Source of the DNA: Thermoplasmata archaeon
GTDB lineage: Archaea; Thermoplasmatota; Thermoplasmata; Lutacidiplasmatales; SKW197
Assembly (NCBI GenBank): GCA_026414225.1
Contig: JAOAJK010000005.1
Coordinates: 10,609-74,608 of the forward strand
Length of the DNA: 64,000 bases
Direction of reading: 5' to 3'
Made by a program: the position numbers and the translations under genes
Shown here: positions 18,639-27,012 of the stretch, piece after piece
Layout of the letters: each line of letters opens with the position of its first letter
Numbering within the stretch: position 1 is the first letter of the stretch
The notes under the pieces: model-generated
Told to the model about the DNA's origin: nothing
Databases searched by the model: none
Seen by the model: the letters and a program-made list of their open reading frames with translations, nothing else

Positions 18639-19046
18639 ATGCCTTCAAAGACCAAGAGGAAAACCAGAATAATGATTGACAAGGAGAAATGCACGGGTTG
18701 CAAAGCCTGCATGCTTGCATGCGCTGTGAAGCATACTGGAAGATACTCTACATCGATGGCGAGAATCTGGGTGAACGAGATTGACGAGATGGTGGTTGTT
18801 CCCAATGTGTGCAGGCATTGCGTTGCTCCCGCATGCATGCGGGCGTGCAGTGCTGGGGCGATAAAAAAGGAAGGAGAACTTGTAGTTCTGGACATCAAAA
18901 AATGCACGGGATGCAGGGCATGCGTGGATGCCTGTCCGTTCGGGGCGATAAAATACTCGGAAAAATTGAAGAAAGCGTTGAAGTGCGACCTATGCGATGG
19001 AGAGCCAGAATGCATAAAGGCCTGCATACCCGGGGCAATCTATTGA
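18639..19046 (+). CDS. 2x[4Fe-4S] ferredoxin (AOR-associated electron-transfer subunit)
   Basis: 135 aa with four Cys clusters: CTGCKAC..C, CRHCVAPAC..C, CTGCRACVDACP and CDLC..C..C. Immediately upstream of AOR. Confidence 0.85.
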   Translation: MPSKTKRKTRIMIDKEKCTGCKACMLACAVKHTGRYSTSMARIWVNEIDEMVVVPNVCRHCVAPACMRACSAGAIKKEGELVVLDIKKCTGCRACVDACPFGAIKYSEKLKKALKCDLCDGEPECIKACIPGAIY

Positions 19047-19055
19047 GGTGAAAGA

Positions 19056-20954
19056 ATGTATGGCTACGCTGGAAAAATTCTCTTCGTGGACCTCGGAAAG
19101 GAAAAGATCGTTGTGAAAAAACTTGAGCGAGCTAGGGCCAAGAAATATCTCGGGGGTGTTGGTCTCGCCGCGTCTTTTATCTGGGAGATGACCGATGCAG
19201 GAACCGACCCGTTGAGCACGGAGAACCCGCTCATCTTTGTCACTGGTCCAGTTAACGGCACAGGTTTTCCTCCCACCGGAAGGTTCGCTGTCTGCTCAAT
19301 TTCACCGTTAACGGGAATCTGGGGTGAGAGCCACGCAGGGGGTTTCTTCGGTCCCCAGATTAAATATACAGGGTTCGATGCAATCGTGGTGACAGGACGG
19401 AGCAATGAAAAGGTGTATCTCGCTCTGGATGGTGGGAAAGCAGAGCTGAGAAGTGCCAGGAACCTCTGGGGGCTCGATGTGCTGGAAACCACAGACCGGA
19501 TAAGGGAGGAGATGCCTGGCTCCGAGGTCGCCTGCATTGGTCCTGCGGGTGAAAATCTTGTGAAGTTCGCCTCAATCCAGGTGTGCAAATACCGTGCTGC
19601 GGGAAGAACTGGCATGGGGGCTGTGATGGGCTCTAAAAATTTGAAGGCGGTGGCGGCTAGGGGTGTTGGCGAGATTGAAGTATATGATGTGGATAAGTTT
19701 GTGGATCTGGTTGAGGAAGCGCGGCGGCGATACACTGAGGAGCGCTGGGGAATCGCGGCCCAGGAATCGCTCGGAAAGTATGGTACAACATCGCTGGTTG
19801 AGGCCGAGCAGGAGATTGGAAGGCTCCCGACGAAGAACCACACCACAGGCATATTCAGGGATTTTGACAAGATAGGGGGCGAGGCTGTGAGAAAACTTGT
19901 GAGGAAGAAGCGGAAGGCCTGCATGGGGTGTGCAATCCAGTGCAAGTATGTCGCAATGATCGACAGCGGCGAGTTCGCAGGCACCATCACCGAAGGCCCT
20001 GAGTATGAGACCCTCGTGGCTTTTGGCTCTGACGAGTTGAATTCCCGGCTCGATAGCATCGTTTATGCTAACTATCTATGCAACAAGCTCGGACTCGATA
20101 CCATAAGCACTGGCAAAAGCATTGCGTTCGCAATGGAACTGAGCGAGAAGGGTCTGATAAGCCAGAGCATAAAGTGGGGTGATGTCGAGGCAATGGTCAA
20201 ACTTGTCAGCGACATTGCTTACAGGCGGGGGTTCGGAAATGAACTCGCCGAGGGCGTCCGGAACCTTGCTGCAAAACTTGGTCCAGAGGCGGAGAAGCTC
20301 GCGGTCCATGTGAAAGGGCTTGAGATGTCTGGACAGGACGGAAGGGCCCACAAGTCAATTGGTTTAACCCACGCAATTTCTGTGCGGGGGGCCGACCACC
20401 TGCGGAGCATTTCCTGCCTCGATGAGCTCGGATATGTGGATATAGCGAAGGAGAGGTATCCTGAGGATGCAAAGGTTATTCTGGATTTGAGGAGCGAGAA
20501 ACTGAAGGGAATTCTGGTTGCAGACATGGAGACAAACTATGCAATTGTGGATTCTCTCATCATCTGCAAATACGGCACAATGTGGCCCCCGATTTTCTAC
20601 TATCCGGATTACGCACGGCTCATCTACTACACCACAGGGTTTGAGGAGTATCAGAAACCCGAAAATGTGCAGACCCTGGGGGACCGCATCTGCATGCTGC
20701 GGAGGGCGATAAATGCAAGACGGGGAATTACAAGAAAGGATGACACACTACCCTACAAGCAGTTGCATGAGCCGATGCCAGAGGGTCCAGCAAAAGGGGA
20801 GGTCGTGCATCTCGATGTGATGCTTGATGAATTCTACGATGCGAGGGGCTGCACGAGGGACGGGAAGCCGAGATACCGTCGGCTGAAGGAACTCGGATTA
20901 AAGCAGGTCGGGGATGAACTGGCAAAGGCAAATATAATTTCGAGCGAAAATTGA
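19056..20954 (+). CDS. aor: tungsten-containing aldehyde:ferredoxin oxidoreductase (AOR family)
   Basis: 632 aa. N-terminal MYGYAGKILFVDLGKEKI (AOR_N) and GLDTIS..AFAMEL, GQDGRAHKSIGLTHA, RGADHLRS, CKYG (pterin/Fe-S ligand regions of the AOR family). Confidence 0.92.
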   Translation: MYGYAGKILFVDLGKEKIVVKKLERARAKKYLGGVGLAASFIWEMTDAGTDPLSTENPLIFVTGPVNGTGFPPTGRFAVCSISPLTGIWGESHAGGFFGPQIKYTGFDAIVVTGRSNEKVYLALDGGKAELRSARNLWGLDVLETTDRIREEMPGSEVACIGPAGENLVKFASIQVCKYRAAGRTGMGAVMGSKNLKAVAARGVGEIEVYDVDKFVDLVEEARRRYTEERWGIAAQESLGKYGTTSLVEAEQEIGRLPTKNHTTGIFRDFDKIGGEAVRKLVRKKRKACMGCAIQCKYVAMIDSGEFAGTITEGPEYETLVAFGSDELNSRLDSIVYANYLCNKLGLDTISTGKSIAFAMELSEKGLISQSIKWGDVEAMVKLVSDIAYRRGFGNELAEGVRNLAAKLGPEAEKLAVHVKGLEMSGQDGRAHKSIGLTHAISVRGADHLRSISCLDELGYVDIAKERYPEDAKVILDLRSEKLKGILVADMETNYAIVDSLIICKYGTMWPPIFYYPDYARLIYYTTGFEEYQKPENVQTLGDRICMLRRAINARRGITRKDDTLPYKQLHEPMPEGPAKGEVVHLDVMLDEFYDARGCTRDGKPRYRRLKELGLKQVGDELAKANIISSEN

Positions 20955-21001
20955 GTTGCCTAATCAGTAACCATTATAGCCCCGAGATTGTTCCCCCAAC
21001 C

Positions 21002-21892
21002 ATGGCATCCTTTCCTGATTTTGAGCCACTGGGACTGGAACACAAGGAATTGAAAAAGGTTCTCCTCACCGCTGACCCTTCTACCTCGGAAATGTGCTTC
21101 GGGAGTTTGTTTATCTGGCAGGATACCTACCCGGCCTACATTGCAAGAATCAGAAACGGATTTGTGCTCAGGGGTGAGGAAGAATTCCTGATGCCCGTTT
21201 GCGAGAGAAACCGCGAGGAAACGGAAAAGATTGTAAATGAGATTGAAGGCCATAATATGGCAATAGGAAGGAGGACTGTCTTCAAATTCACACCAAAGGA
21301 CTGTGCTAGCTTTCTGAAGGAAAGAGGTTACAATGTGGTTGAAGACAGGGATAACTTTGACTACCTTTACCTTACCGAGCACCTCGCCACACTCCCAGGG
21401 CAAAAATACTATAGCAAGAGGAAGGACATAAAAAAATTTGTTGAGAAAGCCGCGGGAAAGGCGGAATTTCTGGAATTGAAGCAGGACCACCTTGAGCAGT
21501 GCCTCAGGTTAAATCTGGACTGGATTGAGGAGAAGAACCTTGGCAGGGACTTTCATGTAATGGCCGAGCACAGGGCACTGGAAAGAGCGGTCAGGCATTA
21601 TAACGAACTTGAGTTTCTCGGTTACGGGGTTTTGCTTGATGGAAAGGTGGTGGGCTTCACAATTGCAGAACCCCTGAACAAAGAGACCGTGGTGGTGCAC
21701 TTCGAGAAGGGGGATTACCGGTTATCCGGAATTTACCAGTATATAAATCAGAAGTTTGCGGAAACAATGCTGGGCAAATATAAATACATCAACAGGGAGC
21801 AGGACCTTGGAATACCTGGCTTGAGGAAGGCAAAGGAATCCTATCACCCCCTCACCCTCGTGGAGAAATACACCTGCACAAAATCGCAGTGA
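21002..21892 (+). CDS. DUF2156-like (MprF C-terminal/GNAT-like fold) protein of unknown function
   Basis: About 297 aa from ATG 21002 (the ORF-track TTG at 20951 overlaps the AOR stop). Motifs SEMCFGSLFIWQDTY, DYLYL, YGVLLDGKVVGF resemble the LPG-synthase C-terminal domain family. The assignment is from memory only. Confidence 0.45.
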   Translation: MASFPDFEPLGLEHKELKKVLLTADPSTSEMCFGSLFIWQDTYPAYIARIRNGFVLRGEEEFLMPVCERNREETEKIVNEIEGHNMAIGRRTVFKFTPKDCASFLKERGYNVVEDRDNFDYLYLTEHLATLPGQKYYSKRKDIKKFVEKAAGKAEFLELKQDHLEQCLRLNLDWIEEKNLGRDFHVMAEHRALERAVRHYNELEFLGYGVLLDGKVVGFTIAEPLNKETVVVHFEKGDYRLSGIYQYINQKFAETMLGKYKYINREQDLGIPGLRKAKESYHPLTLVEKYTCTKSQ

Positions 21893-22248
21893 GCACTTTC
21901 ACTCCTGATTTCGGTTGAAAACCGCGAAAGCCAGATTGAAAAAATTTTGCAAACGAGCTACTTTCACTTTCACTCACCCCTGCCGTTGAGATATATAAAC
22001 CTCTCTCACCATATACTTCTTGGTGATAAAAATGCAGGAAGAATTTGACTGGTGTTCCTGGGAAGAAATCTACAGGGCCCTCGGGGTGGAGGTTTACCCT
22101 GCGGAAGAGGCGGAAACCGCAGAGTGATCCCACCCCCGAAAATCCGGATGCTCCCATCATTTTCATCATCCCACCCTTCTTATTTTTTTTCAGGAGATGT
22201 GGCATCTTCCCGAAAAATTAATGTATTCCCTTTATTTCCCTGGAATAA

Positions 22249-22321
22249 GCCGCGGTAACTCAGTTGGGAGAGTGCCAGACTGAAGATCTGGAAGCCGCCG
22301 GTTCAAGTCCGGCCCGCGGCA
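22249..22321 (+). tRNA. tRNA-Phe (anticodon GAA)
   Basis: GCCGCGG-UA-ACUC-AGUUGGGAG-AGUG-C-CCAGA-CUGAAGA-UCUGG-AAGCC-GCCGG-UUCAAGU-CCGGC-CCGCGGC-A. Canonical 73-nt cloverleaf with all stems Watson-Crick. No CCA encoded. Confidence 0.9.
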
Positions 22322-22349
22322 CTTTTGATTGTAACTGTGTTTCCGGCAC

Positions 22350-23582
22350 TCACTTCTGCCTGAGCAAGAAAAATGCCACAACAAGCCCTATCAGGGCCAG
22401 TACGCAAACATAGGGGAACACATTGAGATAGCTCCCAGTTGTATCCTTGATGTAGCCGGCCAGCAGTGGCCCTGCAATCGCACCCGCCCCGTACGCTACG
22501 AAGACCACGCCGTAACATCTCGGGTAATCCTTTGTGCCGAAGAATGCGGCGGTTGCGGCGGGCGCTATGGCGAGCCATCCTCCCAGACAGCCCCAGAGAA
22601 TCGCGAAGGAAAGAAGGTAGATTTCCATCGTGGGTTTCAGTATGAGGAGCAGGGCACTCAGGGCAATCAGGGCAAAGGAGAGGATTGCTGTTTTCCGCGG
22701 CTTGAGCATGTCAGTGAGTTTCCCGAAGGCGGGTCTTCCCAGACCGTTGAAAATCGCGAAGAAGCCAACGAGCATCGCTGAAATTCCAGCGGGCACATTC
22801 ACTTCGGCGCTCACCTGTTTCGAAATTCCTATCGCCATCAGGCCAGCCAGACAGCCGATGAAGAAACTGAACCAGAGACCGTAAAAAGTCGGGGTTCTGA
22901 GCATTTCCTCCCTCGTGTAGTCAGTTTTCTTTTTCTCCTCTTCCTTTGCAGGCGGTTGCCAGTTTCTCGGCTTCCAGCCAGATGGTGGAAATTTCATCGG
23001 GAGTGCGAGAAGAATGATCAGGGCTATGAACAGCAATCCGAAGATTCTGAGGGAGGCCATTATTCCATAGGCACCTATAAGCCAGTTTGCAAGGTTTGCG
23101 GTGACAAACGCGGAAAATCCGAACCCGAGAACGGTTAAACCAACCGCAAGCCCCTTGTTGTCAGGGAACCATCGGGTGGAAACGGCAATAGGACATCCGT
23201 AGGCGATGCCAACACCCAGACCTCCAATGACTCCATAGGTGAAGTACATCATTTCAATTCTGGTTGAAAATGAGGCGGAGAGCCAGCCAAGCCCTGTGAG
23301 CACACCCCCCACAATCGTGATTTTTTTTGGCCCGAATTTTTCAATGTATTTGCCTGTGAGCGGCATTGCAATTGCGAAGCAGGCGAGAAAGATTGAGAAG
23401 GGGAGCAACATCTGGGTATCCGAGGGTGCAGTTCCAAGTGCGGTAAAGTAACCCTGAAGGGGTTTCTGAAACACAGTCCAGGAGTAAATTGTGCCCAGGC
23501 AGAGATTGACCACAAGACCACATACCACAAGCAACCATCTTCCTTTTTCCGCATCGATGCCGAGGATTTTTTCACCGGACAT
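22350..23582 (-). CDS. MFS transporter, oxalate/formate antiporter (OFA)-like family
   Basis: About 410 aa with 12 predicted TM helices, an MFS signature region, and a charged central loop (PPAKEEEKKKTDYTREE) between the two 6-TM halves. The start is placed at MSGEKILGID (ATG 23582) with SD GAGGTG upstream. Confidence 0.8.
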   Translation of the reverse strand: MSGEKILGIDAEKGRWLLVVCGLVVNLCLGTIYSWTVFQKPLQGYFTALGTAPSDTQMLLPFSIFLACFAIAMPLTGKYIEKFGPKKITIVGGVLTGLGWLSASFSTRIEMMYFTYGVIGGLGVGIAYGCPIAVSTRWFPDNKGLAVGLTVLGFGFSAFVTANLANWLIGAYGIMASLRIFGLLFIALIILLALPMKFPPSGWKPRNWQPPAKEEEKKKTDYTREEMLRTPTFYGLWFSFFIGCLAGLMAIGISKQVSAEVNVPAGISAMLVGFFAIFNGLGRPAFGKLTDMLKPRKTAILSFALIALSALLLILKPTMEIYLLSFAILWGCLGGWLAIAPAATAAFFGTKDYPRCYGVVFVAYGAGAIAGPLLAGYIKDTTGSYLNVFPYVCVLALIGLVVAFFLLRQK

Positions 23583-23708
23583 TGAGAACACCTCAAGAGC
23601 GGAAGAGAAGGGAGATATAAACGCTTTGCCACAACGGACAAAAGCGCGCCCCTGATGGGCAGGCATGTGACCCGGATGAAATGCGGATAAGCTGTGGGAA
23701 AAAAATCC

Positions 23709-24362
23709 CTATACCCTTTTACATCCCCTCTTTATGTAACCCCTCAACATCTTACCGTACTGAACAACAACGCTTCCCAGCCCCCGAGAGCTTCCTTGGA
23801 CTTTAGCCCAACCCCTAGCAATCTGTTCCAGGAGGTTCTCAGCATTTTCGGCGTCAGCAACCACATAACTCGTTCCTACCTCATAAAGAGAATGGGCATC
23901 AGAACCTGCACTACGTCCCTTTTTCCTCATCTCAGCAACCTCCCCTGCCCTCCTGTTCGCTCTTGCACTGTTCCTTGAATTCTGGACCTCTATTGCGTCG
24001 CAGTAAACCCTGCACACGGCCCCGCCAATTCCAGAGACCATCCTGAAAGGATGCGGGATCACAACAAACCCCCCAGCATCCCTTATTCTTTCCACAGTTT
24101 CCTCAACAGAAAGCCCTGGCTTTATCTCGACATCCAGATTATACCCGATGACATGCCCTGCTTTCGTGCTTACCTCGATTCCAGGAACTACGAAAACTCC
24201 GAGGCTCCTGCCGAGCTTCACCCCGTGCAACGCACCCTTCAGCCGGTTGTGGTCTGTAATGCCCACCCCAATGCCCATATTCCTTGCATACCTCAGCAAT
24301 TCCAGAAGCTCAATTTCTGAGTCCTGGGAATACACGGTGTGGATGTGCATGTCTACCTTCAC
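23709..24362 (-). CDS. PHP-domain metal-dependent phosphoesterase
   Basis: 217 aa. MKVDMHIHTVYSQDS (HxH motif of the PHP/histidinol-phosphatase superfamily) and downstream conserved H/D/E residues. Confidence 0.75.
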   Translation of the reverse strand: MKVDMHIHTVYSQDSEIELLELLRYARNMGIGVGITDHNRLKGALHGVKLGRSLGVFVVPGIEVSTKAGHVIGYNLDVEIKPGLSVEETVERIRDAGGFVVIPHPFRMVSGIGGAVCRVYCDAIEVQNSRNSARANRRAGEVAEMRKKGRSAGSDAHSLYEVGTSYVVADAENAENLLEQIARGWAKVQGSSRGLGSVVVQYGKMLRGYIKRGCKRV

Positions 24363-24614
24363 TCAACCACCCAGAACACTCGAGAAAAACTTTACAACAT
24401 CCCCATCTTCGAGGACCCTGCATTTCTCAACTCGCTGGCCATTAACCACTACTATTGTTGTCTCCGTGGATACAATTTTCCAGTGGAGTTCGGGCAACTT
24501 CCTGGCAATCTCGGCGACCACGGCCTCTACCGTAGCCCCCTCCGGTAACGACAGCATAACTTCTCTTGCGTAATCTCTGAAAGCCCCGTAAAACTCAACC
24601 TTGATGCTCGGCAT
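24363..24614 (-). CDS. MoaD/ThiS-family ubiquitin-like small protein (C-terminal Gly-Gly)
   Basis: About 83 aa from MPSIKVEFYG.., ending ..VLGG. Lies directly downstream of AOR with a 20-nt overlap. Confidence 0.6.
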   Translation of the reverse strand: MPSIKVEFYGAFRDYAREVMLSLPEGATVEAVVAEIARKLPELHWKIVSTETTIVVVNGQRVEKCRVLEDGDVVKFFSSVLGG

Positions 24615-26460
24615 AGGCCTCCATCGCGATTTCCCACTCATTCACAAGTCCAAGTTTCTCCGCACATTCCCTGGTCGGAAGTCCGTTTTCATCCCAGTTC
24701 CTCAGCAGGTAGTATTCCTTCAACATCACTTCCAGGTTAACAACCTGTCCCTTTGAGGGTCCGTCTGGTAGTGGCTCCTTCAAAAATCTTTCTGGCAAAT
24801 AATCATCCGTTGCATCCAGTCCCTCACGGACATTGAACAATCTTCTGAGAGTGGCGATCCTCTCTCCGACGGTTGCCAGTTCTTCCTTCGCAAACTTAAG
24901 CCCTGTAACCGGGTAAAGAATTTCCGCAAAGTCCTCAAGCCAGAAAACTGGAGGCCAGCCGCAGGTATACCAGCAGGTTATCAGCGAATCACGGACAGCA
25001 AACACATCCTCGCAGACCTTCACGGCCATCGCTTTGTTGGTCTCCGAGTAGGGGTCGCAGATTTCTGGCAAGGTGTGTTCTCCGAAACGGTGCTTTGCTG
25101 CCTCCTTATAACCCAGCTGGTCAACAGTGACCAAGGAACGGAGATGGTCAGCACCCCTTACTGAGATTGCGTGTGTAAGTCCAACGGAGCGATGGGCCCT
25201 GCCATCCTGCCCGGAAATTTCCAGCCCTTTGACCTCCATTGCAAACTTCTCCGCACCGAGTTTCCCCGCTACACTTCGCATCCCTTCAGCCAGCAAATCC
25301 CCTATACCCTCTCGCTCCCCGATCATTTTCACGAGTTTCACGACCGTTTTGCCATCGCCCCATTTTATCGGAAACCCGCTTTTCAGCAGGCCATGTTCAT
25401 GGCACTCCATGGCGAAGGCAACCACGCAGCCAGCAGAGATTGTGTCCAATCCATACTCATTGCAGAGATAATTTGCTTCGAGAATTGCCTCAAAGTCAGA
25501 AACCATGCAGTTTGAGCCAAAGGCCATCGTGCCTTCATATTCCGGTCCTCCTGAGATTGTTTTTCCAGCCCTGTAAACCTTCTTGCATCTTGTCCTGCAG
25601 TTGAAGCAGGAGCGATGCTTCACAAAATACTTTTCTCGCAAGTATTCGCCGGTTATCTTATCCGCACCCTCAAATATCCCTCTTGAGTGATTCCTCGTGA
25701 CTAGTTCGCCGATCGCTGATTTGTAGGCAACCAAAATGTTGGTGCCGATGTTGTGAAGGTCGTTGTTTTGCTGGCTTTTCCGTAGCTTGGTCTCCGCTTC
25801 AATTATCTTCCTGATGTAATTATCGGCGTCATGAACCCCGAAATTGCCAGTGCCCCGCACGGCAATCGCCTTTAGCTTTTTCACGCCCATCACCGCTCCG
25901 AGTCCGCAGCGTCCCGCTGCACTGGCATAGTTTGTGATGATTGCCGCATACTTCACCAGCTTCTCTCCAGCCCGTCCGATGCTCATCACCTCGCACTCTG
26001 GCAATCCTTTTTTGAGCTTCGTCTCCACCTCATGCGTGTTCTTACCCCAGAGTTCAGCAGCATCCTTTATGTCAACCTCCCTGTCATTTATCTCCAGATA
26101 TACTGGCCTTTCTGAGGCGCCTTCAATTATAAGGAAATCATAGCCGGCATACTTGAGTTCAGGTGCAAAGAAGCCGCCAAAATGGGATTCTGCCCAGATA
26201 CCTGTTGCCGGGGATTTGGAGCAGACTACACCCCTGCCTGCGGACATCCAGAGTGTGCCAGTAAGAGGGCCAGTTCCGAAAATTAACTTGTTTTCAGGTG
26301 AGAGCGGGTCAATCCCTGGCTTCAATTCCTCAAACAGGAGTTTAGCACAGATGCCCGTGCCTCCAATGTAATTCCTGATCAAATCTTCAGGCAGCTTCTC
26401 CTCCGCTGTATTCCCATCGCTCAAATTCACCCGGAGGATTCTGTTATTATAACCCTTCAT
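24595..26460 (-). CDS. aor: tungsten-containing aldehyde:ferredoxin oxidoreductase (AOR family), second paralog
   Basis: 621 aa. MKGYNNRILRVNLSDG.., GLDTISAGCVVAFAMEC, GQDGRAHRSVGLTHA, RGADHLRS, CWYTCGWPP. About 45% identical to the AOR at 19056-20954 by eye. Confidence 0.92.
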   Translation of the reverse strand: MKGYNNRILRVNLSDGNTAEEKLPEDLIRNYIGGTGICAKLLFEELKPGIDPLSPENKLIFGTGPLTGTLWMSAGRGVVCSKSPATGIWAESHFGGFFAPELKYAGYDFLIIEGASERPVYLEINDREVDIKDAAELWGKNTHEVETKLKKGLPECEVMSIGRAGEKLVKYAAIITNYASAAGRCGLGAVMGVKKLKAIAVRGTGNFGVHDADNYIRKIIEAETKLRKSQQNNDLHNIGTNILVAYKSAIGELVTRNHSRGIFEGADKITGEYLREKYFVKHRSCFNCRTRCKKVYRAGKTISGGPEYEGTMAFGSNCMVSDFEAILEANYLCNEYGLDTISAGCVVAFAMECHEHGLLKSGFPIKWGDGKTVVKLVKMIGEREGIGDLLAEGMRSVAGKLGAEKFAMEVKGLEISGQDGRAHRSVGLTHAISVRGADHLRSLVTVDQLGYKEAAKHRFGEHTLPEICDPYSETNKAMAVKVCEDVFAVRDSLITCWYTCGWPPVFWLEDFAEILYPVTGLKFAKEELATVGERIATLRRLFNVREGLDATDDYLPERFLKEPLPDGPSKGQVVNLEVMLKEYYLLRNWDENGLPTRECAEKLGLVNEWEIAMEAYAEHQG

Positions 26461-26868
26461 TTACCTCACCTCTTTGAGGGAGAGAACCCCTTCCGGGCAG
26501 TGTTCAATACACCTTGCCAAACCGTTGCACAGGTCGCACTTCACTGCCTTCTTCAGCAATGGATGAATCTTTATCCCCTGATAGGGGCAGGCGCGGACAC
26601 AGGCGGCACAGCCAGTGCATTTATCATGGTCAACAGTCAAAACACCAGCATTGTTATGAACCAGCGCCCCGAATTTACAGGCTGCAAGGCAAGCGGGCTT
26701 CACGCACTGCCTGCAGATAACCGGGTAATCGATATCCGGCTCCTCCTTCACAATCCTTATTCTCCCGTGCTTCCAATTCTGGCTTTCTGCGTTGTACCAT
26801 GCACACACAGAGGCGCAGACCCTGCATCCACTACAACCCTTGTCTGAACACTCCACTTTTTTGTGCAT
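26461..26868 (-). CDS. 2x[4Fe-4S] ferredoxin (AOR-associated), second copy
   Basis: Start placed at MHKKVECSDKGCSGCRVCASVC (ATG 26868, TTTTATA box about 30 nt upstream), giving 136 aa collinear with the ferredoxin at 18639. The longer ORF-track start would leave only 18 bp to the divergent gene. Four Cys clusters; stop abuts the AOR start. Confidence 0.78.
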   Translation of the reverse strand: MHKKVECSDKGCSGCRVCASVCAWYNAESQNWKHGRIRIVKEEPDIDYPVICRQCVKPACLAACKFGALVHNNAGVLTVDHDKCTGCAACVRACPYQGIKIHPLLKKAVKCDLCNGLARCIEHCPEGVLSLKEVR

Positions 26869-27012
26869 GGGAAGAGAAAGGAGTGGGAGTATAAAAGGGT
26901 TGATAGGACAGCCCTCCAAAAATATTCCACCGCCAATGGCCTGTCTCCCAAATTTCGTTAAGCATCCCCCTTCGGAAAACTTCTTATAATCCATCTAATT
27001 TAGTGAGCATGT

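Noticed and set aside
19064-20059. 331-aa minus-strand ORF
   Set aside because: Antisense to the AOR gene, whose Pro/Ser-rich antisense frame lacks stops. The AOR frame has all family motifs.
26869-26994. N-terminal 42 aa of ORF-track ferredoxin 26461-26994
   Set aside because: The long start would leave only 18 bp to the divergent STAND gene. The paralogous ferredoxin at 18639 aligns from MHKK (26868), and a TATA box sits about 30 nt upstream of that ATG.
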